From positions 295,978 to 359,977 of the forward strand of contig JBAZSZ010000001.1 in assembly GCA_041662205.1 (NCBI GenBank): a stretch of DNA of 64,000 bases, given 5' to 3'. The position numbers and the translations under genes are program-made. Positions 38,971-48,564 of the stretch are shown here, in pieces. Origin of the DNA: Minisyncoccota bacterium (GTDB lineage Bacteria > Patescibacteriota > Minisyncoccia > Phycocordibacterales > UBA9973). Position 1 is the stretch's first letter, and every line of letters starts with the position of its first letter. The notes under the pieces were generated by a model that was not told the origin of the DNA, did no database searches, and saw only the letters and a program-made list of their open reading frames with translations.

Positions 38971-39747
38971 TTACGAATTAGTCTCTATCTTTTTTGGATT
39001 TAACGCTTCTAAAGCATTATTGATTGTCTTAATTGAAATAAAGTCTGTCACATCATTGAAGAGAGCAATACCGAGAGCTTCCCCGTTTAGATTAAGAACT
39101 ATTCCCCCAGCATTTGATTTTATAACATTAATATCAACATTTTTATCTCCTTCATAAATAGAAGAAGAAATACTACTACCTAAGACTAAAACTTTTTGCC
39201 CTATTTTCATTTTATCTAAATCTCCAAAAACTGGCACCGTAAAAGCTAATTTGTTTTTCTCATCGAGCGGAGATCCTATTTTAAGAAAAGAAAATCCAGA
39301 CTTGTCAGTAGATACAAAATCTGCTTTAAATTTTCCGCTGTCATTTTTTACAAAATAAATTCCTTTATCAAAAACAAAAAATGCATCAGCGACAATAATT
39401 CCATCACTAGAAATTGCGAATCCTCTTCCAGCTCCTATCTCAATAGTTTTAAACTCTGCATCCTGTGATTCTTTCGTAATAGAAAACACTGCCGATTTAT
39501 TTTTAGCAATTGCATCCACGACTAGGTCTTCTTCTTTGATGATCACTGTCTTTACTGTAGTTTTTCCTTCAACCTGCTCTATTTTTTCAATTGTTTGCTG
39601 AACAATTCGGTTAATAGGAGTAGTAACAGAAGCTGGCGCTTGTTGCATCAAAGTCACCGTCGTTATCCCTGTCGCAATAGAAGTGACAAAGCTAAGCAAG
39701 ACAGCGAGCAAGATAAGTTGTGTTTTATTTAATTCCTTTATATCCAT
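38971..39747 (-). CDS. Membrane-anchored trypsin/HtrA-like protein, catalytic residues degenerate
   Basis: GRGFAISSDGIIV and NAGGIVLNLNGEALGI match the HtrA scaffold; N-terminal TM. Confidence 0.65.
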   Translation of the reverse strand: MDIKELNKTQLILLAVLLSFVTSIATGITTVTLMQQAPASVTTPINRIVQQTIEKIEQVEGKTTVKTVIIKEEDLVVDAIAKNKSAVFSITKESQDAEFKTIEIGAGRGFAISSDGIIVADAFFVFDKGIYFVKNDSGKFKADFVSTDKSGFSFLKIGSPLDEKNKLAFTVPVFGDLDKMKIGQKVLVLGSSISSSIYEGDKNVDINVIKSNAGGIVLNLNGEALGIALFNDVTDFISIKTINNALEALNPKKIETNS

Positions 39748-39801
39748 ATTCTTATCATACCATTTTTTTAGTTTAGTCAAAATATAAAAAAGACAAAGTA
39801 A

Positions 39802-39846
39802 AAAACCGTTCCTCAGACGGCTTTTACGTTCTGATGAAACGGTTTT
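39802..39846 (-). terminator. Hairpin after hypothetical gene
   Basis: aaaaccgtt..tcaga / tctga..aacggtttt. Confidence 0.55.
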
Positions 39847-39853
39847 GATAATA

Positions 39854-40333
39854 TCAAGCTTTTGTTGGAATAAAAACGCGACAACTATCGTACACCTTAC
39901 TGTGATCTAACGAATACACAGTAAGGGACAAATCTAATATCCAATTTTTTTCTACGATTACTTCTGCAAAAGCGAGTATCCCATTTTTTTTCTTGAATAA
40001 AAATAGGTTTGCCCCGCTCAAAAGAAGCAGGGTTCTTTTTTTACGGCACAGATCCACAATCTGCGCCTCCGTCCAACAAAGACTCTTTGGGTCCTTTTTG
40101 AACTCTGCAAAAAAATGCAGAGGTGCTCCTACCCCTACACTTTGATACACCCCTATCTTTGTTTTTTTAGTGGGCTCACAGCCCACTATCTCTTCCGCGC
40201 CGATAATTCTGGCGCGAAAAACATCTACGGCTTTTGCCAGAGTTTCCTTTCCGTTTAATTCTTCGAGCTCAAAAGTAAAGCTTGAATATATTCTAACTAA
40301 ACGGATTACCTTTTCCTTTTCATTTTTCTTCAT
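39854..40333 (-). CDS. Hypothetical protein
   Basis: 159-aa ORF with purine-rich SD-like AAGGGGGG upstream and a downstream hairpin. Confidence 0.6.
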   Translation of the reverse strand: MKKNEKEKVIRLVRIYSSFTFELEELNGKETLAKAVDVFRARIIGAEEIVGCEPTKKTKIGVYQSVGVGAPLHFFAEFKKDPKSLCWTEAQIVDLCRKKRTLLLLSGANLFLFKKKNGILAFAEVIVEKNWILDLSLTVYSLDHSKVYDSCRVFIPTKA

Positions 40334-40394
40334 ATTTCCCCCCTTTTTATTTTGACAAAGATTTTTTTATTTATACATCTAATAGAACTTTATG

Positions 40395-41606
40395 TCAATA
40401 CCACTTTTTTAGTTTCATTAAAATTTTATCTAAAACTTTTATCGTATAATCAATATCTTTTTTAGTGGTATCTCTACCCAAAGAAAAACGTACTCCGCCA
40501 ATTTCATCATTATTACGAATTGCTTTGATGACATACGAGCCTCCACTCTCCCCGCTCTTGCAAGCACTCTTGGCTGATGCCATTATTCCCTTCTCGGAAA
40601 GCTCAATCACTAAAAGATCACTAGGAATATTAGGAAATGTTATATTTACATTATTTGGTAATCTATTTTTCAAATCACCATTTACTACAAAATTAAAATC
40701 AAAATTTTCGAGATGGTCTGGACCCAAGCCAAGGACCCGAGAAAATTTTAGATTTTTATTTTGTAACTCTTTTAAAAAATAATCACGAAGTTTTTCTAAA
40801 CGTTTACTTTCTTTTTCTTTTATTTTTTGTGTAGTTTTTAATGCAAGAGAAAATTTCAAAATCTCCGGCAAATTTTCTGTACCCGGACGAACTCCCCCTT
40901 CTTGGTCTCCTCCACCGAACACTTTCGCGAGCTTTACTGTTTTCTTTTTATAAAGAACTCCAACTTTACTGGCCCCTTCTATCTTTGAACCAGAAAGTGA
41001 AAGCAAATCCACTCCGAGTTTTTCTACATTTAAATCCAGATAATTCACTGCCTGCACTGCGTCGGTGTGAAATAAAGGAAAGGAAAAATTTTCTGACCTA
41101 ATTTTCTTAAAATGTCGAATTTCTTTGGCAATTTCTTTTATTGGTTGAATCGTGCCGATTTCATTATTCGCGTACATTACTGAAACAAGTACTGTATTTT
41201 TTTTAATTTCTTTTTTTATTTTCTTTGGATCCACTATTCCATTTGCTTCTACTGGTACGATTGTTATTTCTACTAATTTTCTTTTTGCCAATAATTTATA
41301 AGTCTCTAGCACTGATGGATGTTCTATATTAGTAGTTATAATATGTGGTAAAATTTTTCCTTGCCAATTTAGCACCACTCCTTGAATTGCGAGATTATTA
41401 CTCTCCGTACCACCACTCGTAAAAATAATTTCTTCCGGCCGAGCACTCAAAATATCAGCGACTTCCCTACGCGCAATTTGAAGTTTCGTTTTTACCTCTA
41501 CTCCAGCCCTATGCACAGAACTAGGATTGGCTGATGCACTCGCAGCATAATCAAAATATACGTATTTATTTAGTTTTTTATTTAAACCGTTATTTGATTT
41601 AGGCAT
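40395..41606 (-). CDS. iscS: Cysteine desulfurase (IscS/NifS group I; start taken at MPKS)
   Basis: NPSSVH, FTSGGTESNN, NNEIGTIQP, HTDAVQ, GGGDQE..RPGTEN, SAC active site. Confidence 0.88.
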   Translation of the reverse strand: MPKSNNGLNKKLNKYVYFDYAASASANPSSVHRAGVEVKTKLQIARREVADILSARPEEIIFTSGGTESNNLAIQGVVLNWQGKILPHIITTNIEHPSVLETYKLLAKRKLVEITIVPVEANGIVDPKKIKKEIKKNTVLVSVMYANNEIGTIQPIKEIAKEIRHFKKIRSENFSFPLFHTDAVQAVNYLDLNVEKLGVDLLSLSGSKIEGASKVGVLYKKKTVKLAKVFGGGDQEGGVRPGTENLPEILKFSLALKTTQKIKEKESKRLEKLRDYFLKELQNKNLKFSRVLGLGPDHLENFDFNFVVNGDLKNRLPNNVNITFPNIPSDLLVIELSEKGIMASAKSACKSGESGGSYVIKAIRNNDEIGGVRFSLGRDTTKKDIDYTIKVLDKILMKLKKWY

Positions 41607-41630
41607 AAAAATAGTATATATTGAAATTAC

Positions 41631-42089
41631 ATGAACACAAAGCTTCAAATTGTTTTTTTTATTTTCACTGGACTCATCCTTCTACTTGGTGCCATTTGGA
41701 TCATCATTACCGAAAAACGTTTAAAGAGGTTTTTTCTTGGTAAAAAAGCAAAGGATTTGGAAGACACTCTCATTACACTCGAAAACAATATCACTGAATT
41801 AAACAAGGCTAGAGATATCATCCAAAAAGACATTACCATAATAAATGACAAACTGAAAAAAAGTATTCGAGGACTTGAAACCATGCGCTTCAATCCTTTT
41901 CCTGATCAAGGTAGCAATCAAAGTTTTGCCATTGGAATGTTAAACGAAGAAAACGATGGCTTAGTAATTTCAAGTTTATATTCTCGAGAACGAATGAGTG
42001 TCTTTGCCAAACCTATCAAAAATGGGAAATCAGAATACGAACTCACCGCTGAAGAAAAAGAAGTTTTGAAAAAAATTCAGATTAATTAA
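41631..42089 (+). CDS. DUF4446-like membrane-anchored protein
   Basis: N-terminal TM; RFNPFPDQGSNQSFAI, SSLYSRE, YELTAEE. Confidence 0.75.
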   Translation: MNTKLQIVFFIFTGLILLLGAIWIIITEKRLKRFFLGKKAKDLEDTLITLENNITELNKARDIIQKDITIINDKLKKSIRGLETMRFNPFPDQGSNQSFAIGMLNEENDGLVISSLYSRERMSVFAKPIKNGKSEYELTAEEKEVLKKIQIN

Positions 42090-42095
42090 AATAAA

Positions 42096-43610
42096 ATGCC
42101 AGAAAACAAAAACAATAAAATAACAGAGCGTCCGCCAGTCGTAGTGGTCATGGGTCATATTGACCATGGCAAATCAACCTTGCTTGACTACATAAGAAAA
42201 ACGAATATCACCGAAAAAGAAACTGGGGGAATAACTCAAAAAATTTCCGCTTATGAAGTTATTCATCAAAATAAAAAAATAACTTTCTTAGATACTCCCG
42301 GGCACGAAGCTTTTTCAAAAATGCGCGAGCGTGGTGCCAAGATAGCCGACATTGCTATTTTAGTCGTCTCAGCTGAGGATGGAGTAAAACCTCAAACAAT
42401 CGAAGCATGGAAAACTATCGTAGAATCAAATACCCCATGCATCGTCGCGATAAATAAAATAGACAAGCCAGCAGCCGACACAGAAAAAACAAAAAAAGAA
42501 TTAGCAGAAAATGAAATCTATTTAGAAAATTATGGAGGTAAAATTCCTTTTGTAGAAATTTCCGCGAAAGTTGGCACTGGAGTAGATGACTTGCTCTCCC
42601 TCATTTTAATTCTTGCAGAAATGGAAAATTTTACAGGAGATAGCTCCCTGCCTGCTTCTGGTTTTGTAATTGAAGTAAATTTGGATTCTAAGCGTGGAAT
42701 ACTAGCGACCTTGATTATCAAAAATGGAACCATGGAAAATGGAATGACCGTAACAGTTAGAGATGCTATATGTTCTGCACGCATCATTGAAAACTTTTTG
42801 GGAAAAACAATCAATGAAGCCACTTTCTCTTCCCCTGTTCGAGTAGTCGGTTTTGATAAGATGCCTAAAGTTGGTGCGCAATTCAAAACTTTTCAAAAAA
42901 AATCAGATGCCATAAAATATATAGAGGAATTACCCCCCCACCCTACGAACACTGCCTTTTCTCAAGGAGGAGAAATTGGAAACAAAAAAATAATACCGAT
43001 AATATTAAAAGCTGATGTCTCCGGCTCGATCGAAGCAATAGAAAAAGAAATTTCTAAAATAAATTCTAAACTTGGCGCCACTGCAAGTAAAAATGCTGAA
43101 TTTAAAATTGTCGGAAAAGGTATCGGACCTATTTCAGAATCTGACATAAAAGGAGTCTCCTCAGGTATAGATGCTATCGTCATAGGATTCAATGTAAAAG
43201 CTGATAAAAGCGCCATCAATACCGCTCAAAATAGAGGCGTCACAATTTCTTTCTTTGATATTATTTATAAAATGACAGAATGGCTAGAAATACAAATGGA
43301 AGAAAGAAGACCTAAAGTTGAAACCCTAGAAACAACCGGTCGCGCAAAAATCATTCGAGCTTTTAGTAAAACTAAAGAACGCCAAATATTAGGTGGCAAA
43401 GTCATAGAAGGACAAATCAATCTAAGCAGCACTATTAGAATAATGCGTCGAGAATTTGAAATTGGCCGAGCTAAAATAGTCAATCTAGAAAAAAATAAAA
43501 TAAAAACGAGTGAAATCCCTGAAGGCTCTGAATTTGGAATGATGATTGAGTCAAAAATAGAAGTGGTCGCTGGAGATATATTAGAATCTTTTTCAATAAC
43601 CCAAAAATGA
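42096..43610 (+). CDS. infB: Translation initiation factor IF-2 (no N-terminal domain)
   Basis: [35 protein letters not shown]. Confidence 0.97.
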   Translation: MPENKNNKITERPPVVVVMGHIDHGKSTLLDYIRKTNITEKETGGITQKISAYEVIHQNKKITFLDTPGHEAFSKMRERGAKIADIAILVVSAEDGVKPQTIEAWKTIVESNTPCIVAINKIDKPAADTEKTKKELAENEIYLENYGGKIPFVEISAKVGTGVDDLLSLILILAEMENFTGDSSLPASGFVIEVNLDSKRGILATLIIKNGTMENGMTVTVRDAICSARIIENFLGKTINEATFSSPVRVVGFDKMPKVGAQFKTFQKKSDAIKYIEELPPHPTNTAFSQGGEIGNKKIIPIILKADVSGSIEAIEKEISKINSKLGATASKNAEFKIVGKGIGPISESDIKGVSSGIDAIVIGFNVKADKSAINTAQNRGVTISFFDIIYKMTEWLEIQMEERRPKVETLETTGRAKIIRAFSKTKERQILGGKVIEGQINLSSTIRIMRREFEIGRAKIVNLEKNKIKTSEIPEGSEFGMMIESKIEVVAGDILESFSITQK

Positions 43611-43933
43611 CAACTCAAAGAAATGAAAAAGTAGCGAAAGAGATAAAAGAACTCTCCGCTCAATTTTTAGGACGAGAAAATAATAGAACTTCATTGATCA
43701 CCGTCACAGGAGCCTCTACTTCCCCTGACTTCAAAAGAGCCACTATCTTCATCACAGTACTTCCAAACTCAAAAGAAAAGTCTGCTTTGGATTTTGTAAA
43801 ACGAAGACTCAAAGATTTACGAGAATATTTGAAAAAAAATATGCCGATAAAAATAATCCCTTTCCTTGATGTAGCCATAGACCTAGGAGAAAAAAATCGA
43901 CAGAAAATTGACGAACTGCTGCGAAAAAACTAA
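43607..43933 (+). CDS. rbfA: Ribosome-binding factor A
   Basis: Follows infB; ITVT..SPDFKRATIF..IP pattern. Confidence 0.85.
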   Translation: MTTQRNEKVAKEIKELSAQFLGRENNRTSLITVTGASTSPDFKRATIFITVLPNSKEKSALDFVKRRLKDLREYLKKNMPIKIIPFLDVAIDLGEKNRQKIDELLRKN

Positions 43934-43936
43934 AAG

Positions 43937-44008
43937 AGGCCTGGGGCGGAATCGAACCGCCGTATATTCCTTTTGCAGAGGAATGCCTTACCACTTGGCT
44001 ACCAGGCC
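43937..44008 (-). tRNA. tRNA-Cys(GCA)
   Basis: Reverse complement GGCCTGG..TTCCT CTGCAAA AGGAA..GGTTCGATTCC..CCAGGCCT; no encoded CCA. Confidence 0.95.
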
Positions 44009-44046
44009 GAAATTTATTTACTAAATTTAAATAACTTAAAAACTTG

Positions 44047-44128
44047 TGCCGGGAGGGAGACTCGAACTCCCAAGGGTTGCCCCACTAGTTCCTAAGACTA
44101 GCGCGTATACCAATTCCGCCATCCCGGC
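44047..44128 (-). tRNA. tRNA-Leu(TAG)
   Basis: GCCGGGA..CTAGT CTTAGGA ACTAG, long variable arm. Confidence 0.95.
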
Positions 44129-44131
44129 ATG

Positions 44132-44204
44132 TGCGCCCTGAAGGGATCGAACCTTCGACCTTATCCTTAAGAGGGATCTGCTCTACCAGCTGAGCTAAGG
44201 GCGC
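44132..44204 (-). tRNA. tRNA-Lys(CTT)
   Basis: GCGCCCTTAGCTCAG..ATCC CTCTTAA GGAT..GGTTCGATCC. Confidence 0.93.
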
Positions 44205-44231
44205 AAAATTTTATTTTAAAAAACTCCTCTG

Positions 44232-44313
44232 TGCCCGAGGTGGGAATCGAACCCACATCCCTTGCGAGACACGATTTTAAGTCGTGCGCGTATACCGGTT
44301 CCGCCACTCGGGC
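44232..44313 (-). tRNA. tRNA-Leu(TAA)
   Basis: GCCCGAG..CACGA CTTAAAA TCGTG, long variable arm. Confidence 0.95.
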
Positions 44314-44424
44314 AACAAAATCAATTATAAGTAAAAAATGATTAAATAACAAGCTTTTTAGGTATATTCTCACACAATATAACATACTTGACATTTTTAT
44401 TCATAAGTGCTATACTGTGTTTGT

Positions 44425-45093
44425 ATGAATAAAATAAACAACAACAAAATAATTTTAAGTTTGAAAGTATTATCTTTATTAGCGTTTTGCTTGTTACTTA
44501 TTCCAGCAAAGGTTTTTGCCACTCCTGGCTATGTTGATAATCCAACACCCTATATTTCATCCATTACTCCAAATTCTATTAATAACCTAGGATCAAATAT
44601 GGTTATCACTATAACGGGAAATGGATTTATTCCAAGTTCAATTGTTAGAATCAATGGTTCCGACAGAACGGCAACTTTTATAGATTCCACTCATATTTTG
44701 GTTAGAATAAATTCAAATGACATATCTGACACTGATGGATTCTACATTAATGTCTTTAATGGATTCCCTGGTGGAGGATATTCTAATGCAGAATTCTTTA
44801 CAGTAAATAAAAATAATTCCACTACTATAACTAGCACCACTACAAACACAGAAAATAACATCAACAATAACAATACTTATTCAAATACCAACCAAACACA
44901 AAATACAACTACTAAAAATTCAAATTTCAACAACCTTGCTTCCACCGCCATCTTCGGATCAAACAGCTTCTTCCCTTCCGGCCTAATTCAGTGGATACTA
45001 TTTGCTATAATAATCTTGCTTATCATTATTTTAGCTAGAAGAATTTTCGGGGCTCACGCAAAATACAATGAAGCACCGATGAAAAGTCCGTAA
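44425..45093 (+). CDS. IPT/TIG-domain surface protein with Asn/Thr linker and C-terminal TM
   Basis: Signal peptide; PYISSITP..ITITGNGF; N/T-rich linker; hydrophobic anchor. Confidence 0.75.
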   Translation: MNKINNNKIILSLKVLSLLAFCLLLIPAKVFATPGYVDNPTPYISSITPNSINNLGSNMVITITGNGFIPSSIVRINGSDRTATFIDSTHILVRINSNDISDTDGFYINVFNGFPGGGYSNAEFFTVNKNNSTTITSTTTNTENNINNNNTYSNTNQTQNTTTKNSNFNNLASTAIFGSNSFFPSGLIQWILFAIIILLIIILARRIFGAHAKYNEAPMKSP

Positions 45094-45120
45094 AAATAAT
45101 TATAAAATAAAGAAAATTCA

Positions 45121-45154
45121 TAAAAAGTCAGCCCCAAAAGGGGTTGACTTTTTA
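45121..45154 (+). terminator. Intrinsic terminator
   Basis: taaaaagtcagcccc-aaaa-ggggttgacttttta. Confidence 0.8.
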
Positions 45155-45172
45155 GTTTTTATGTGATACTAT
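45144..45172 (+). promoter_or_regulatory. Sigma-70 promoter overlapping the terminator
   Basis: TTGACT-17 nt-TACTAT with extended TGn. Confidence 0.65.
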
Positions 45173-45296
45173 ACATGGATAGTCTGTCCCTTGAAAACAA
45201 AAAAATACGGAGGAATTCTCTCCGCTAGAATATAAAATAGAAGGGCTTCCCTTTTATAAAAAATTGTGGGTTAAAAAAAAGAAAAAGGAGAAAGTC

Positions 45297-46238
45297 ATGG
45301 AAAACGAAGAAAGAGAAATAGAAAAAAACGAAAACAGAGAAGAGGGAAAAGGAAACAAGAGAGAACAAAAAAATTCTACTCTCGATGTTGTACTAGCGGT
45401 CTCGTTCGTCGGATTCACAATCGCTGGCGGAATTTTTGGAATCAGAATTGGTTTTGCTGGATCTTGGCTCGCTATGTTTATCCTCCTGCTTCTGGGGGGG
45501 ATTATTCTGGCTTTAAGTCTTAAAAAAATTAAAGTCGGGCATCGCGCCCAATATTTATTTTTAGGACGAAGAATACAATACTTCGTGAAAGAGGGCTTAC
45601 ATGTAGTTTTGTGGCCTTTTTTCACAATCAAGGAGATAGATTGTCGTGCAAAGACAACTACCTTGAATGAGGAGAACATATTCACCTCTGATAACGTGGA
45701 GGTGAAATTAGAAAAGCCTTCTATCGTGTCAAAAATTGTGGATTTAAATAAGTATCAAGATCTGGATCCCGAAAACCTACCGGGGCTTCTTGATGATGTA
45801 GTGGATGAAAATGTCCGCTATAAAATAAGAAACGCCCCTTTGGAAAAAGTCCTCGGAATGAGATTTAGTATCGACGAAGAAGACATTAAACACGGTCTCG
45901 GTAACTGGGGCATAAGCATTGTAAGAATTATTGTGCCGGATGTTGTGCCGGTCAATAAGGATTTCATTGAAGCCCAAGAATTGAAAACGAAAGAAAGTCT
46001 TCAGCGTGAAGGACAAAGAGTTCAGGCTAGACATCATGCTGACCTGATCAAGTTCTTCTCTGGAAGTGAACAACTCGGAGAAGAAGGTCCTTCAGGACCT
46101 GAGTTAAGCCCAGAGCTAGCGTATGAAGCTGCTTTAATCCATATGGATAAAGCAGAAAAGAAAAAACTAGCGTCAAATAATTTTGGCCTTGACGCCACCA
46201 CAGTAGATGCCATCGCAAAAGCGGTAATAAGGAGGTAG
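45297..46238 (+). CDS. SPFH/Band 7 domain membrane protein
   Basis: Two TMs; FLGR..EGLHVVLWPF, FTSDNVEV, WGISIVRIIV; SD AAGGAG. Confidence 0.75.
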   Translation: MENEEREIEKNENREEGKGNKREQKNSTLDVVLAVSFVGFTIAGGIFGIRIGFAGSWLAMFILLLLGGIILALSLKKIKVGHRAQYLFLGRRIQYFVKEGLHVVLWPFFTIKEIDCRAKTTTLNEENIFTSDNVEVKLEKPSIVSKIVDLNKYQDLDPENLPGLLDDVVDENVRYKIRNAPLEKVLGMRFSIDEEDIKHGLGNWGISIVRIIVPDVVPVNKDFIEAQELKTKESLQREGQRVQARHHADLIKFFSGSEQLGEEGPSGPELSPELAYEAALIHMDKAEKKKLASNNFGLDATTVDAIAKAVIRR

Positions 46239-46240
46239 TA

Positions 46241-46648
46241 ATGATAAAAAGAACTGTGTTTTTAATATCTCTAGCCCTTATCTTAATATTTGGGGTGGTC
46301 TGGGGTTCACATTGGGCAACAAAATGGTACGAAAAAAAAGAAACAAAAAAGGTAGAAGGGTTAAAAGCGAAGGAACTCACTAAAACTCAGCCACCGGCAA
46401 CAATCAACAGCAAAGGAGGAAAACACAAAACACTGCTTGTCTTCCTACCTAATGGGTGTATTGCAAAACACCTTCAGGGAAGGTGGGAAAGATATCCCAA
46501 AGGAGGAAAGATAAAATTCCTTGACTCTAATGGGAAAGTGGTTTTGATTGATGAGCCAGGTACTTATGTACCCTCATCATTGCCTGCAGGAGAATACAAA
46601 ATCTGCAAAGCAAGTCCCGAAGCATGGGGCGTTGAGATCTGGGAGTAA
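46241..46648 (+). CDS. Hypothetical membrane-anchored protein
   Basis: SD AGGAGG, N-terminal TM, 2 nt after the SPFH stop. Confidence 0.7.
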   Translation: MIKRTVFLISLALILIFGVVWGSHWATKWYEKKETKKVEGLKAKELTKTQPPATINSKGGKHKTLLVFLPNGCIAKHLQGRWERYPKGGKIKFLDSNGKVVLIDEPGTYVPSSLPAGEYKICKASPEAWGVEIWE

Positions 46649-46683
46649 TGGCCAATATCGTGTCTGGCCAACACAAAACAAAA

Positions 46684-46721
46684 AAAGGGCAGACTCGTGT
46701 TTTACACACAGTCTGCCCTTT
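46684..46721. terminator. Bidirectional terminator
   Basis: aaagggcagac...gtctgcccttt between convergent genes. Confidence 0.7.
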
Positions 46722-46737
46722 CTCATTTTTACTTTTT

Positions 46738-47067
46738 TTATTGACTCAAATTCACTGTTCCATTTTCTGGATCTATTTGACTTTCATTTATTCCCAAAGT
46801 ATTTAATACAATACTGAGAATAGTCCAAACTCCCATCATGATAGTGATACCAATAATTCCCCAAATCATATGATTTCTGCCAGCTGTCTTTTTATCTGCT
46901 TCTTCTTGATTGGAAAGAAATTGAAATACACCATAAAGAAAATACACAATAGCTAAAGCAAAGAGGAGCTCAATAAGTGGATTGATAATCATATTATCAA
47001 TCTTGCCGATAAAATCATTCAAGCCAGAACTAGCTCCATAAGCTATCTTTGTAGAAAAAAAATCCAT
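46738..47067 (-). CDS. TrbC/VirB2-like pilin
   Basis: Two hydrophobic helices joined by NQEEADKKTAGRNHMIWGIIG. Confidence 0.75.
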   Translation of the reverse strand: MDFFSTKIAYGASSGLNDFIGKIDNMIINPLIELLFALAIVYFLYGVFQFLSNQEEADKKTAGRNHMIWGIIGITIMMGVWTILSIVLNTLGINESQIDPENGTVNLSQ

Positions 47068-47075
47068 ATTTCAAT

Positions 47076-47459
47076 TTATTGTATTGTAGGTAAAACAATA
47101 CTATCAGCATTAGTACCAGTAAGCCCAAAAGTATTAGTCAATATTCTTACGAGTCCCCATAAAGCTACGATAACTGCAAAACCAATAATACCATAAATAA
47201 TTCTGTCTCTACCTTTTGATTTTGCTTCTTCATCATCATTGATAACATAGCTGACGACTCCCCAGACAAAAAATACAACTGCCAAGGCAATCAAAACTGG
47301 AACGACAGCATTAAGGAGCTGACTAATTTTACACATTATTCCTCCTATGTCACTAATCTGTCCTGCATTACAAGGACCAGTACCCACAGTCGCTGCTAAC
47401 GCAGCCACTGGAGCTAAACCCAAAACAAAACCTGACAATGCAATTAATTTCTTTTTCAT
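47076..47459 (-). CDS. TrbC/VirB2-like pilin
   Basis: Signal peptide; FFVWGVVSYV..DEEAKSKGRDRIIYGIIG. Confidence 0.8.
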   Translation of the reverse strand: MKKKLIALSGFVLGLAPVAALAATVGTGPCNAGQISDIGGIMCKISQLLNAVVPVLIALAVVFFVWGVVSYVINDDEEAKSKGRDRIIYGIIGFAVIVALWGLVRILTNTFGLTGTNADSIVLPTIQ

Positions 47460-47572
47460 AATTTTTCTAAAAACACTTTTTAATAATTTTATCCGCCTTT
47501 GGCGGAAAAGCGACCTAATAATAAACTAATAATATCTTTTAATTATAACCTCTCATAAAAATCAAAGCAAAT

Positions 47573-48160
47573 TTATTGAGGGGGGACGACCCTTGGGAGA
47601 ATTGACGTATTTAGATCAAAAGTACTGCCAAGAATTCCGACCAATCCCCAAACAGATAACATCACCGCTAAAGCAACAATCCCCCAGATCATAAATTCCT
47701 TGCCTTGTTCCCTCTTTGCTTCTTCATCAGCATTAATAATAAAAAATTGCACTACACCCCAAATAAACATAATGGTAGCTAATGCAAAAATCAAAGGAAT
47801 AATTGAGTCACTAATAATTTTAGTGATATAACACAAAACGTCTTGAAATTTAGGATTACCAGCTAGACTACAAGAAGTAGAATTTACGGTACTAACTAAA
47901 GGTTCAAGTGTGGGAGCAGTAGTATCAAGATCAAAAGTGTTAACCACAATATTTACCAACCCCCATAAAGCAGTGATAACAGCAAAACCAATAATACCAT
48001 AAATAATTCTGTCTTTACCTTTGGCCTTAGCCTCCTCCTCATCTGCGATGACGTATTGCACCACTCCCCAGACAAAATAAACCACCCCGAGAGCAACTAA
48101 AACCGGTAGGATGGAATCAAGAATATCTTTAAACTGTACTATTAAATCTTGTATGTCCAT
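47573..48160 (-). CDS. Tandem double VirB2-like pilin
   Basis: Two WGVVQ..DEE(E)AK..G...I(Y/W)GI units. Confidence 0.8.
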   Translation of the reverse strand: MDIQDLIVQFKDILDSILPVLVALGVVYFVWGVVQYVIADEEEAKAKGKDRIIYGIIGFAVITALWGLVNIVVNTFDLDTTAPTLEPLVSTVNSTSCSLAGNPKFQDVLCYITKIISDSIIPLIFALATIMFIWGVVQFFIINADEEAKREQGKEFMIWGIVALAVMLSVWGLVGILGSTFDLNTSILPRVVPPQ

Positions 48161-48180
48161 AATTTATAATTCGTAATTAA

Positions 48181-48558
48181 TTATAATAATCCTTTCACTG
48201 TCGCTTCTATCATCTTGGCTATAGCAAATGATCCTAATAATATTCCAGCGCCGATCAATGTCCAGACAAGCGCGTCTTTAGCTTTAGTTAATTCTTCTGA
48301 ATTACCTTGAGCTTTTACAAAAAGAAAACCACAGTAAATGATAGCAAGGGCTATGATCGGAATACCGATCATCAGTACACCTTCTAAGATTTTTTGAACA
48401 AGTCCTGAGATTGAAGTTATGCTAGGAATTGGGTTTATAATTTTGCCCTGAGTAGGATCAGTATTGGGACCATCGGCTAAAGAAATAACTGGAACAATAA
48501 ACACATAAACTAGAAAAATAATCTTCTGCCAACTTTTATTAATAAATTTCATCTTCAT
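48181..48558 (-). CDS. TrbC/VirB2-like pilin
   Basis: IIYCGFLFVKAQGNSEELTKAKDALVWTLIG. Confidence 0.8.
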   Translation of the reverse strand: MKMKFINKSWQKIIFLVYVFIVPVISLADGPNTDPTQGKIINPIPSITSISGLVQKILEGVLMIGIPIIALAIIYCGFLFVKAQGNSEELTKAKDALVWTLIGAGILLGSFAIAKMIEATVKGLL

Positions 48559-48564
48559 ATTATA

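Noticed and set aside
43608-43610. UGA recoding (genetic code 25)
   Set aside because: TGA terminates infB at the expected position and conserved genes are full length under the standard code
43809-44394. ORFs 43809-43994 and 44167-44394
   Set aside because: They overlap tRNA genes and are spurious
43937-46721. tRNA-anchored genomic island
   Set aside because: No integrase or duplicated tRNA 3' end; the accessory genes lie on the 5' side of the tRNA cluster
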